Shown here piece after piece: positions 18,401 through 26,993 of a stretch of 57,572 nt of DNA. Position 1 is the stretch's first letter; each line of letters starts with the position of its first letter. The stretch is from Sphingobacteriia bacterium (GTDB lineage: Bacteria; Bacteroidota; Bacteroidia; Bacteroidales; UBA7960). The DNA lies in contig JBEPXC010000002.1 of assembly GCA_041642035.1 (NCBI GenBank), positions 1 to 57,572 of the forward strand. The letters run 5' to 3'. The position numbers and the translations under genes were made by a program. Under the pieces are notes generated by a model. The model saw nothing but the letters and a program-made list of their open reading frames with translations, was not told the DNA's origin and did not search any database.

Positions 18401-19963
18401 AAATTGCTGTTTGAAATAGTTGAACAAACGCTGAGGCTTATCAGAAAGCACGGCCAGAGGAGTATCATTGCCCATAGAACCGGTAGGCTCCTTGCTTTCA
18501 ATAGCCATGGGTTTAATGATCAGTTCGATATCTTCTTTGGTATAGCCGAAGGTTTTAAGCCAGGTGGTGTAATTATGTCCCAGACCAGAGGGAACCCTCT
18601 CCTTCACTTCAATATCTTCGAGCACCAGGCGGTGTTCTCGAAGCCAATTGCCGTATGGATTCATTCGCGAGAGCTGGCTTTTGAGTTCTTCATCAGAAAT
18701 TATAACGCCCAGCTTGGTATCGACCAGGAGTATCTTTCCCGGACGCAGACGACCTTTTTCCTTTATCTGATCGTCGGGAAAGGACTGGACACCTGTTTCA
18801 CTACCCATCACAATTAAATCGTCGTTGGTGATGAGATACCGGGAAGGACGCAGTCCGTTGCGGTCAAGCGTACCCCCCACATAGCGACCATCAGAAAACA
18901 ATAAGGAAGCCGGACCATCCCATGGCTCCATAATGGTAGAATGGTATTCATAAAAGTCTTTCAGGCTTTGCGGGATAGGGTTCTTATCGTTGAAGGATTC
19001 CGGCACTAACATAGCAAGGGCATGGGGTAAGGTACGGCCTGTAAGCACCAGAAATTCAAGCACATTATCCAGAGAGGCAGAGTCACTTTTGCCCGGTTCA
19101 ATAATGGGGAAGACTTTTTGAAGATCCTGTCCGAACACATCGGTTTTCAGCAAGGATTCGCGCGTCTGCATCCAAAGACGATTGCCTTTAATGGTATTGA
19201 TTTCGCCATTGTGTGCCACAAAACGAAAAGGCTGGGCAAGGTCCCAGGTGGGAAAAGTATTGGTGCTGAAGCGAGAGTGCACCAATGCAATAGCACTTTC
19301 AAATGTTTTATCCTGGAAATCCAGGTAATAATCACCCAATTGTTTGGGTGTAAACATACCTTTAAAAACCATGATTTTGGTAGACAGACTTGGCAGGTAA
19401 AAGAAATTTCTATGTTTGATATCCGATTGCCTGACCTGCTTTTCAGCCAGTTTACGGATGACATACAACTTTCTTTCCAGGTCTTCCTGTTCATGATTGC
19501 CATTAATAAACACCTGCTTCATGTAAGGCTGTGTGGTAAGGGCAATCTTGCCCACCACAGTGCTGTCCACGGGTACTTCGCGGGTTGCAATAACTTCGAG
19601 GCTTTCCTTCTTAACGATATCGTAAAAAATGTCTTCGCATGCCTGCCGGTCCTGTTCATCAAAGGGCAAAAACATGGTTCCCACGCCGTAACCACCTGCA
19701 GGAGGAAGATTCTTTATTTTGGTTTGAAAAAAAGTATGTGGAATCTGAACCAGTATGCCTGCTCCATCGCCCGACACATTGTCGGAACTTTCTGCACCAC
19801 GATGGGTCATATTAAGTAGGACCTGGAGGCCACGCTGAACGATTTCGTGAGTTTGTTTTCCACGTATACTGGCTACAAAGCCAATACCGCAGCTGTCGTG
19901 TTCATTTTCGGGGGAATACAATCCGCCTTGTTCAGAAAAATTATTTTGATTGTTTTCTAGCAT
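15413..19963 (-). CDS. gltB: glutamate synthase large subunit
   Basis: 1516 aa. Ntn amidotransferase start SCGIGFVA, FMN/synthase domain (GEGGEDP, LEGGTGASP) and a C-terminal GXGXG beta-helix domain. Confidence 0.97.
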   Translation of the reverse strand: MLENNQNNFSEQGGLYSPENEHDSCGIGFVASIRGKQTHEIVQRGLQVLLNMTHRGAESSDNVSGDGAGILVQIPHTFFQTKIKNLPPAGGYGVGTMFLPFDEQDRQACEDIFYDIVKKESLEVIATREVPVDSTVVGKIALTTQPYMKQVFINGNHEQEDLERKLYVIRKLAEKQVRQSDIKHRNFFYLPSLSTKIMVFKGMFTPKQLGDYYLDFQDKTFESAIALVHSRFSTNTFPTWDLAQPFRFVAHNGEINTIKGNRLWMQTRESLLKTDVFGQDLQKVFPIIEPGKSDSASLDNVLEFLVLTGRTLPHALAMLVPESFNDKNPIPQSLKDFYEYHSTIMEPWDGPASLLFSDGRYVGGTLDRNGLRPSRYLITNDDLIVMGSETGVQSFPDDQIKEKGRLRPGKILLVDTKLGVIISDEELKSQLSRMNPYGNWLREHRLVLEDIEVKERVPSGLGHNYTTWLKTFGYTKEDIELIIKPMAIESKEPTGSMGNDTPLAVLSDKPQRLFNYFKQQFAQVTNPAIDPIREGLVMSLTNYIGSVNKNLLEESSSLCKLIQFKSPLINNTDLGKIKDLRYADFSNVILSMVFDPKGGQTALSDALDKMCQKAEEAADNQINYIILSDRNVDKDHAPVPSLLAVATVHHHLIKVKKRMQVGLVLESAEPREVMHFALLLGYGASVINPYGAFGVIDELVQKGEITLEYEKARENYIKAIDNGILKVLSKMGISTLRSYHGAQIFACMGIDQAVVDKYFNGTASKIGGIGLAEIAAEAAMPHHQAFTSLHENGSYLPSTVGIYAYRVNGEHHAWNPQSISILQWATKTNNYTKYKEYANLVNEENRRPVFLRGFLDFKKQTPVSLDEVEPIESIMKRFVTGAMSYGSISKEAHEALAIAMNRIGGRSNTGEGGEDPGRFEVQTDGTNRRSSIKQVASGRFGVTTSYLVNADEIQIKVAQGAKPGEGGQLPGFKVNEVIGTLRNSTPGITLISPPPHHDIYSIEDLAQLIYDLKCTNPEAKISVKLVAEYGVGTIAAGVAKAKADLITISGLEGGTGASPVSSIKHAGLPVEMGISEAHQTLVMNDLRGRVKLQTDGQLKTGRDVVLMGLLGAEEFGFATAALIVLGCIMMRKCHLNTCPVGVATQDEYLRKKFMGKADYLENYFRFIAQDVREILAEMGVKSFDEIVGRTDLLQARKDVKHWKAKNVDVSKLIFFPPQGHENALSFKEPQKHLIDDILDTRLIELSSKSIKNGEKVWLSESIRNTDRAVGAMLSGKIVKRYGAASLPEDTINARFYGSAGQSFGAFLTGGITFTLEGDSNDYLGKGLSGGRIVVVPPAASRFVPEENIIIGNTVLYGATSGELYVRGMAGERFAVRNSGVNAVVEGVGDHGCEYMTGGRVVVLGDTGRNFAAGMSGGIAYVLNKKGTFEYFCNKGLVEIGPLESNQDVDELQALIEKHLLYTRSRLAEDILVNWNDYARKFVKVIPLEYKKVLQEIKLEGIRKKLELTEDAPQHQY

Positions 19964-20147
19964 TGCCTGGTAAATTATGATGTAACAATATCAATGAGCT
20001 GCTTAAAAGCACAAAGCCGCTCCCAGAGTCTGAGAACGGCTTTGCACACAATTGTCCTGTTCCATTCTCAGCGGGGTGGAATCCTGGTAATTGAGTAAAT
20101 AAAAAATAGGGAGTTGTTCATGACAAGTATTTGTTCATTTTGCAGTG

Positions 20148-20155
20148 CAAATGTA
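20148..20155 (-). promoter_or_regulatory. -7 box candidate (TACATTTG) for gltBD
   Basis: The reverse complement of caaatgta matches the Bacteroidota consensus TAnnTTTG. Lies ~185 nt upstream of the gltB ATG. Confidence 0.3.
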
Positions 20156-20475
20156 TTCAAAAAACAAAAGCCATCCTAATCATATTTACAAAACAAATAC
20201 TATTCACATCTATTACATGCTTAGGATAAACCAACCGATCTGACATAATCTTTTGATTTATAATTATTTTAAATAATATAGGATAAAATAAAACAATTAT
20301 TTAAAAAGTAAATTTCAACAACATTGAACAGAGACGTGACATAACAAACAATGTGTTTGTTTATTAACATCGCTTTACATATACCTGATAATCTTGCCAT
20401 TAGGGGATGTGATATTGATAATCCCTAAAGAAAAATAAGGGAGAAAATGAGTAGAAACAAGAGACAAAACCTGTC

Positions 20476-21717
20476 TTAGTGATTTTTTTTATACACCAAC
20501 GCGACAAGAGTTTTATCATCCCCACCCATATTGACGCTTAGGGCATAGGGTTTTTGGGAGGATGTATTAATTTGTGCTTCTTCTGCCCTATCGGTAAATT
20601 GCTGCCAAAGGGTAACAGCCTGGTGAACTCCTGTAGCCCCGGTAGGATGGCCCCATCCGATTAGACCACCGGTGGTATTAAAGGGTATTTTACCCTTTCG
20701 GTCTGTATGTCCCTTAAGGATAAAATCAGCACCTTCGCCCGGGGCGGCAAATCCCATTGCTTCCACAGCTATCACAGCAGCAATGGTAAAGCAATCATGG
20801 CATTCAACGGTTGCAAGCTGATCGATGCCAATACCAGCCCTATTCAAAGCATTTTTAACGGCCACTTCGGTAGTTTCGAAACGGAGAGGGTCTTTAGGGG
20901 GCAAGGTTAAATCGTATTCAGCCTGCCCGACACCCACCACTTCAAGGGCGTCTTTTTTGTCGATACCACAGCGTTTGAGGCCTTCCTCTGAAAAGATAGC
21001 AATACCGGATGCACCGTCAGATACCTTGGAGCAGTCATAGACATTTAAATGCTCCATAAAAATCCTGGGGTTGGGTTCTGCTAAGGCAATGGTTTCCAGA
21101 TCCGGTGTAGTATTTTCGTATTCCTGAGCTGTAGGGCACAGGCGTGCATTTTCGATGGCATTTTTATACCATCGGGCCATTGCCCGGCGTGTTTTTTCTC
21201 GGCCATATTTTCCGAAATATGCACCGGCCCGGTTGCTGAATTTGCCCGGGAAGAAGTGGGCATGTCCATCCTTACGTTCTTTATTCCAACCCGCGCCAGC
21301 CAGTATGTCGGCACCGTATACAGCTTTCACCGAGTTTTGTACTTCTACACCCACCACCAGAACAACATCGGCTGTCTCAGCTAAAACCGACTTGATTCCG
21401 GTAACGAGCCCTAATCCGCCTGTAGCACATGCGCCTTCGACTCTCACGCAGGGCTTGTACATAAGATCCTTATCGATAAAAGGGAAAAAGGCAGCCAGAT
21501 TGGCCTGCCGGTTGTATCGGGAAGCCATGAAGTTGGCGATAACGCATTCGTCTACATGTTTAGCCCCTCCAATTTGTTTTAAGACATTTTGACCCGCTTC
21601 CTTAATATAATCTTCTAAGTCGGGTCTGTCTTTAAGAGCATGAAATGCTCTCCTGCCCGTACCCATGGAAATGGTATTGTATCCTGCTGCTATATAGACG
21701 CTTTTTCTTAATTTCAT
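20476..21717 (-). CDS. thiolase-family acetyl-CoA C-acyltransferase (SCP-x / thiolase-domain type)
   Basis: 413 aa. Nucleophile region VRVEGACATGGLGL, C-terminal ECHDCFT and GWGHPTGATG. Last gene of the crotonase-HADH-thiolase run. Confidence 0.85.
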   Translation of the reverse strand: MKLRKSVYIAAGYNTISMGTGRRAFHALKDRPDLEDYIKEAGQNVLKQIGGAKHVDECVIANFMASRYNRQANLAAFFPFIDKDLMYKPCVRVEGACATGGLGLVTGIKSVLAETADVVLVVGVEVQNSVKAVYGADILAGAGWNKERKDGHAHFFPGKFSNRAGAYFGKYGREKTRRAMARWYKNAIENARLCPTAQEYENTTPDLETIALAEPNPRIFMEHLNVYDCSKVSDGASGIAIFSEEGLKRCGIDKKDALEVVGVGQAEYDLTLPPKDPLRFETTEVAVKNALNRAGIGIDQLATVECHDCFTIAAVIAVEAMGFAAPGEGADFILKGHTDRKGKIPFNTTGGLIGWGHPTGATGVHQAVTLWQQFTDRAEEAQINTSSQKPYALSVNMGGDDKTLVALVYKKNH

Positions 21718-21774
21718 GATTAATCATTTAATGAGGGGTGGAACAAAGAATTGAGCGGGCACAAATAAATTGGT

Positions 21775-23115
21775 TCAAAAATAAGGGTTTATTGGGCCAT
21801 AAGCATGGTGAAAGCCATGAATGAGCACTGCATTAACATCTTCATATTTGAAAGCAATTTTATTTTTCACCAGGCTAAGGCCTATATCACGAAAATTTTG
21901 CAGATATTGCCTTGCCAATGCGGCACCGTTGGTTTGGCTTTGCTTGAGTTCACTAAAATATGCCAGTAGGAGTGTTTCTTTTTGAGGATGACGAACCATC
22001 TTTTTCCAGGTCACCCATGAAGGCGGAAGCTCACCCAGGTGTGCATCGCCAGTTAGAGAAGGTTCATCAGGATCGATATAGCGTCGTTTGCCCGAATCAT
22101 AAATACCGGTTACTCCTGTGCTGGAATAGGAGAAGAATCCATCTTTTTGTGATCCGTCGGGGTTTTGCCCTCCCCTGTTGCCACGTGAAATCATCATATC
22201 GATAAAAGGAGAATTGAAGGTTTTTTCTTCAACGTGTGAATTCATCACCGACATAATAAACTGAACCACGTCAATGCCTACATAATCGATAAGCTGATAA
22301 ATGCCCATGGGCCTGATCAGGAAGTCACGGCTCACCTTATCAACCATATATAAGGCCTGAGAAAAAGTGAATTGTTCCTGAAGCTGATGCAGCAGGTTTT
22401 CGGCAAAAAGAATATCTCTCACCAGGTATCCATTGCCAATAAAGCCTACCACATCATAGGCTGGTACGGCCATTTTCCCTATATTCTTTAGGTAGTCGGC
22501 AACAAAATAAGCCAACTCGGGCCGGGTAGTGTTTGTTTTAACAACCTCAACAAGATTTTGTACGATGGGCGGATTATAAAAATGCACCCCCATAATACGT
22601 CCTGCAAGTCCGGCTTCTTCATCGAGCCAACCGATAGGGATAGCTGAGGTATTGGTAAAAAACCAGGGTTGGAGCTTGTTGTTTCTATTAATGGTAAGCA
22701 TAAGCTCTACTTTCAAATCAGGACTCTCGCTCACAGCTTCAATGATAATGCGGGAGTCATAAGCTGGTTCGATGCGGGTGCCAGGTCGGATGAGACCCAT
22801 AATATCCAGGGCATACTGGCGGATGATTTCTTCATTATCAATAAGATCTTTGCGTGTTTCATAGACCCTGCGCAGTTCAACAATATTTTTCTCAGCATAT
22901 CTTACGGCCTGCTCTTTCACGTATACCATTAAATCTGCCAGGGCATCATTGCTAACATCCATAGCATATATCACAAAGATTTTGTTGTTGTTTTGTGGGT
23001 TCATCTTCTGACGAAACATCTCCATGGCAGTCAGCACCAGAATACCACTTCCCATTTTGCCGGCTGCCCCCAGTATTGTTACATGCTCGAGTCTGTCTGA
23101 ATAGTCCATAATCAA
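21775..23115 (-). CDS. 3-hydroxyacyl-CoA dehydrogenase family protein
   Basis: 446 aa. N-terminal Rossmann ILGAAGKMGSGI and HFYNPP motif. Flanked by crotonase and thiolase genes. Confidence 0.85.
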   Translation of the reverse strand: MIMDYSDRLEHVTILGAAGKMGSGILVLTAMEMFRQKMNPQNNNKIFVIYAMDVSNDALADLMVYVKEQAVRYAEKNIVELRRVYETRKDLIDNEEIIRQYALDIMGLIRPGTRIEPAYDSRIIIEAVSESPDLKVELMLTINRNNKLQPWFFTNTSAIPIGWLDEEAGLAGRIMGVHFYNPPIVQNLVEVVKTNTTRPELAYFVADYLKNIGKMAVPAYDVVGFIGNGYLVRDILFAENLLHQLQEQFTFSQALYMVDKVSRDFLIRPMGIYQLIDYVGIDVVQFIMSVMNSHVEEKTFNSPFIDMMISRGNRGGQNPDGSQKDGFFSYSSTGVTGIYDSGKRRYIDPDEPSLTGDAHLGELPPSWVTWKKMVRHPQKETLLLAYFSELKQSQTNGAALARQYLQNFRDIGLSLVKNKIAFKYEDVNAVLIHGFHHAYGPINPYF

Positions 23116-23204
23116 TAAAAATTACAAATGAAAAGATGGTAAGCTACCTAAGTAAAAGGCAGATAACAACAAAATTGTTTGGTGCCCCAAGAGATTTAGA
23201 GTCC

Positions 23205-23978
23205 TTAAGACCAGTTGGGTTTACGCTTTTCTAAAAAAGCACTCAAGCCTTCATTGGCTTCGGGGTGGCCGAACAGTCCGGCAAAAACTTCCGATTCCAG
23301 TTCAGCGACATCCTCAAATGGAGATGTAATGCTTTTGCGAGCCAGCTCTTTAACGGCTTTAACGGCATATTTGCCTCTTGAAGCAATCTTCTTAGCCAAA
23401 TCGATACTCACTTCCATGAGTTGATGGGGCTCAACTACAATCTGCAGCAGGCCAAGCCGCAAGGCATCCTCAGCATTGATAGAGGCGGCGGTAGTCATCA
23501 AATACATTGCATTTGCATATCCCACCAGCCGGCAAAGTCTTTGTGTACCGGCGAATCCGGGCATAAGTCCCAGGCTTACTTCGGGCATACCGAATTTAGC
23601 ATTAGCCGAAGCGATGCGCATATCGCATGCCAGGGCCAATTCACATCCTCCTCCCAGGGCATAGCCATTGATGGCAGCGATAACGGGAAAATCCAGCATT
23701 TCGAGGCGATGCAAGACTTGTTGACCTTTGCGGGAAAAATTATAGGCCATATCGGGTTTCATTTTCGCCATTTCTGCAATATCTGCTCCGGCAACAAAAG
23801 CTTTGCCTTCTCCGGTAATAATCAACACGCGCATGTCTTTGTTCTGCGATAAGGATTTAATAGCTTTTCCCAGACTGGCTATCACTTCTGAACTTAGGGC
23901 GTTTAAGGCTTCAGGCCTCGACATGGTAATGATAGCAATCTGATTCTGAATCTCCAGTTTTAATCCAAAATACTCCAT
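23205..23978 (-). CDS. enoyl-CoA hydratase (crotonase family)
   Basis: 257 aa. FVAGADIAEM and GYALGGGCELALACDMR motifs. Confidence 0.92.
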   Translation of the reverse strand: MEYFGLKLEIQNQIAIITMSRPEALNALSSEVIASLGKAIKSLSQNKDMRVLIITGEGKAFVAGADIAEMAKMKPDMAYNFSRKGQQVLHRLEMLDFPVIAAINGYALGGGCELALACDMRIASANAKFGMPEVSLGLMPGFAGTQRLCRLVGYANAMYLMTTAASINAEDALRLGLLQIVVEPHQLMEVSIDLAKKIASRGKYAVKAVKELARKSITSPFEDVAELESEVFAGLFGHPEANEGLSAFLEKRKPNWS

Positions 23979-24143
23979 GATATATACAAGGTTTTTAAAA
24001 TGAGTAGCTCATTTATTAACTAAAGTAAATCTATAGTCATTAGTCTTTACCTAACAACTGTTTGTAAGGAACGTTTAATTATCGTAAAAAAATACCAATG
24101 CAATATAGTAACTTTACGGCTTATTTTCAGCTAAAATTCAGGT

Positions 24144-25991
24144 ATGATTAACAGGGATTTTTTTCATTTACAGCGTTTTCCCAGCCATGAAGTAATTATT
24201 GGTGACAGACCAATGGGCGGCGTACAGCCCATCCGACTGCAGTCTATGACCAATACCAACACTCTTGATATAAAGGCCACCATAAAACAAAGCATAGGAA
24301 TCATAGAAGCCGGAGCCGACTATGTCAGGATATCAACACCCAATATAGCTGCAGCAGAGGCTTTACAGGAAATCCAACAAGGCATCAAAAAGACAGGATT
24401 CACCAATCCACTTATTGCCGATATACATTTTAATGCCGATGTTGCCCTCACAGCTGCCCGATATGTGGCCAAGGTAAGGATAAATCCGGGAAATTATACC
24501 GGTAATGCGGGGAAAGCGAAAAGTGATTTTAGCATTTATGATGCAGAACAGGAGAAGGAAAAAATACTGCTCCGCCTAAAGCCCCTGGTAGGTATATGTA
24601 AAGAATATGGTACCGCTGTTCGCATTGGCACCAATCTGGGTTCTCTCTCGCCAAGAATTATACACCAATATGGAAACACCCCTACTGGTATGGTAGAGGC
24701 CACCTACGAATTTCTAGAGTTGTTTGGTGAGTTGGGTTTTAAAAATCTGGTGATTTCACTAAAGGCAAGTAAGCCTATTGTCATGATAGAAGCTTATGAA
24801 GCCATGGTGGAGAAGATGCTTAAAAACCATATGAGTTTTCCCCTGCACATTGGTATAACGGAAGCAGGCGAGGGAGAAAATGGAAGAATAAAATCGGCTC
24901 TGGGTATTTGCAGCCTTTTAAACAAAGGAATTGGAGATACCTTGCGCGTGAGTCTTACGGAAGATCCTGAAAAAGAAATCCCTTTTGCCCTGAAGCTATC
25001 GTCTCTTTATCAAATACCTTTCGCCAAACCAAAGCAATCTGAATATGTCCTTGAAAAATCAGATTTTTATCAGGATGAGATCCTGGTGACTGAGCAAAAC
25101 CTGAGAGCCATTGTAATTGCAGATGCCTCTATTCCGGGGACAGAAGAGAAGCCGCACATTGGTGTGTCGGAAACAGAGTTGCGTAGAGCAGATTATCTTT
25201 TCGCTATCAATGAGCAAACGGCTCAACAGATGGCTGAAAAAACAATTCTGTTACCCTATGCCAGCTGGAAGAAAAATCCTTTGCCCAACACCATTCCCCT
25301 TATTGAATGCCCACAGCAGAGGAATCTGGCCCTTCACAATGAATTGGAGCAATACTTTATCCGGATTTGTTGTAAGGAAAATACCTCTAGCGAATTTATC
25401 GGTGACCAGAAAGGATTGATTGGTTTGATTGCAGATTTGAATTCATGCAGAGAAGAGGTAGAAATGCAGCACTGGATTGATTTTTCGCAGCAGAAGCGTA
25501 TTCCCCTGATCATACGCAAAAGCTTTCAAACTGCCGACATCAATGAGCTCATCAGCCATTTTGCCATTTTTGCCGGCAACTACCTTCTCGAAAAGAAAAT
25601 ACAAGGAATATGGATAAATGCTCCTGCCATAAGGGAAAATGTAACAGCCATCTCGTATGGATTTCTGCAGAGTGCAGGAATTAGAATTACTACAACAGAA
25701 TTCATTTCATGTCCAACCTGTGCCCGAACCTCTTACAATCTTCAGCAGGTGCTTAAGGATATCCAAAGGCATACTTCTCAATTGCCAGGATTAAAAATAG
25801 CTGTAATGGGCTGCGTGGTAAATGGGCCGGGCGAAATGGCGGATGCTGATTACGGGTTTGTGGGAACAGGTAATGGCAAACTTCATCTTTACAAAGGAAG
25901 AAATCCCATTAAGAAGAATATAGAACCCAGTGATGCAACCCAGGCACTGCTGGAGATTCTGCTTGAGGATGGATTCCAAAGTACTGAGTAA
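24144..25991 (+). CDS. ispG: 4-hydroxy-3-methylbut-2-en-1-yl diphosphate synthase, long form with insert domain
   Basis: 615 aa. TIM-barrel N-domain (RISTPN, RINPGN), ~270-aa insert, and C-terminal 4Fe-4S motif CPTCARTS ... GCVVNGPGE. Confidence 0.93.
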   Translation: MINRDFFHLQRFPSHEVIIGDRPMGGVQPIRLQSMTNTNTLDIKATIKQSIGIIEAGADYVRISTPNIAAAEALQEIQQGIKKTGFTNPLIADIHFNADVALTAARYVAKVRINPGNYTGNAGKAKSDFSIYDAEQEKEKILLRLKPLVGICKEYGTAVRIGTNLGSLSPRIIHQYGNTPTGMVEATYEFLELFGELGFKNLVISLKASKPIVMIEAYEAMVEKMLKNHMSFPLHIGITEAGEGENGRIKSALGICSLLNKGIGDTLRVSLTEDPEKEIPFALKLSSLYQIPFAKPKQSEYVLEKSDFYQDEILVTEQNLRAIVIADASIPGTEEKPHIGVSETELRRADYLFAINEQTAQQMAEKTILLPYASWKKNPLPNTIPLIECPQQRNLALHNELEQYFIRICCKENTSSEFIGDQKGLIGLIADLNSCREEVEMQHWIDFSQQKRIPLIIRKSFQTADINELISHFAIFAGNYLLEKKIQGIWINAPAIRENVTAISYGFLQSAGIRITTTEFISCPTCARTSYNLQQVLKDIQRHTSQLPGLKIAVMGCVVNGPGEMADADYGFVGTGNGKLHLYKGRNPIKKNIEPSDATQALLEILLEDGFQSTE

Positions 25992-26047
25992 ATGGAACTA
26001 ATTCCAGCCACCAATTAAAATGCAAATCATTATGCTAAAGTTGCTCC

Positions 26048-26953
26048 ATGATTAAAAAAGCCCTCTCCCTGGCATCCGCCATACCCTTTGCATTGTTAAC
26101 TACTTTGTTTCGGATCATCCCGTTCCGGTTGCTTTACCCTTTATCTGATTTGCTGGCCTGGCTACTCAGAAAGGTTTTTGCATATCGACATATTGTTGTA
26201 AAGGAGAATCTGGATAAAAGTAAGCTTGCCCTGGCGTCAACAGAAAGAGATCAGCTTGTAAAGGAAATCTATCGTAATCTATCTGATGTTCTCCTGGAGA
26301 GCATTAAGAGTTTCAGTATGTCAAAAAACAGCATCATCAAAAGACATAAGCTTATCAACCCTGAGTTATTGGATGACTTCTATCAAAAAGGTCAAAGCAT
26401 TATTTTGGTAACGGGACATCTTGGAAACTGGGAATGGGGAAGCTTATCGGCAAGCCTTCAAACATCTTACCGTGTATTAGGGTTCTACAAACCCTTAAAA
26501 AATAAATACATCAATAATTATATAAAAAAAAGCAGATCGAAATATGACACCATACTTTCCCCTATACGTAAAACAAGCCTAACCTTTGCCAGTTTTAAAG
26601 ATAAGCCAACTCTCTTTTTAATGGCAGCAGACCAAAACCCTTCGAAGTTATCGCAGGCCTTATGGGTTGATTTCTTTGGTAATCCTACGGCTTTTCTGCA
26701 TGGCCCTGAAAAACATGCAATAAACAATCACTATCCGGTAATTTTTTGTGAAATAAACCGCACAACGAGAGGGCATTATACCCTTGAGCTTTCGCTCCTG
26801 AGCGATCAACCCAAAAAACTGGCACCTGGTAGAATAACAGAGCTATATGCTCAAAAAATGGAATCTGCAATAAGAAAGAATCCGCAAAATTGGTTATGGA
26901 CCCATCGCAGGTGGAAGCATTCCCCCCCGGAACTGCCAAGGGGATTCGCTTAA
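26048..26953 (+). CDS. lipid A biosynthesis (LpxL/HtrB-like) lauroyl/myristoyl acyltransferase family protein
   Basis: 301 aa. N-terminal TM helix, the HLGNWEW acyltransferase motif, and C-terminal NPQNWLWTHRRWK. Confidence 0.8.
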   Translation: MIKKALSLASAIPFALLTTLFRIIPFRLLYPLSDLLAWLLRKVFAYRHIVVKENLDKSKLALASTERDQLVKEIYRNLSDVLLESIKSFSMSKNSIIKRHKLINPELLDDFYQKGQSIILVTGHLGNWEWGSLSASLQTSYRVLGFYKPLKNKYINNYIKKSRSKYDTILSPIRKTSLTFASFKDKPTLFLMAADQNPSKLSQALWVDFFGNPTAFLHGPEKHAINNHYPVIFCEINRTTRGHYTLELSLLSDQPKKLAPGRITELYAQKMESAIRKNPQNWLWTHRRWKHSPPELPRGFA

Positions 26954-26993
26954 CACATTTTTAATTCATACACAAAAATGGAGGCTTGGTGTT

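Noticed and set aside
19118-19819. 233-aa ORF antisense to gltB (with similar shorter ones at 13863-14402, 15392-15901 and 18404-18817)
   Set aside because: All lie inside the gltB/gltD reading frames, which are unambiguous. The antisense translations are low-complexity and have no motifs.
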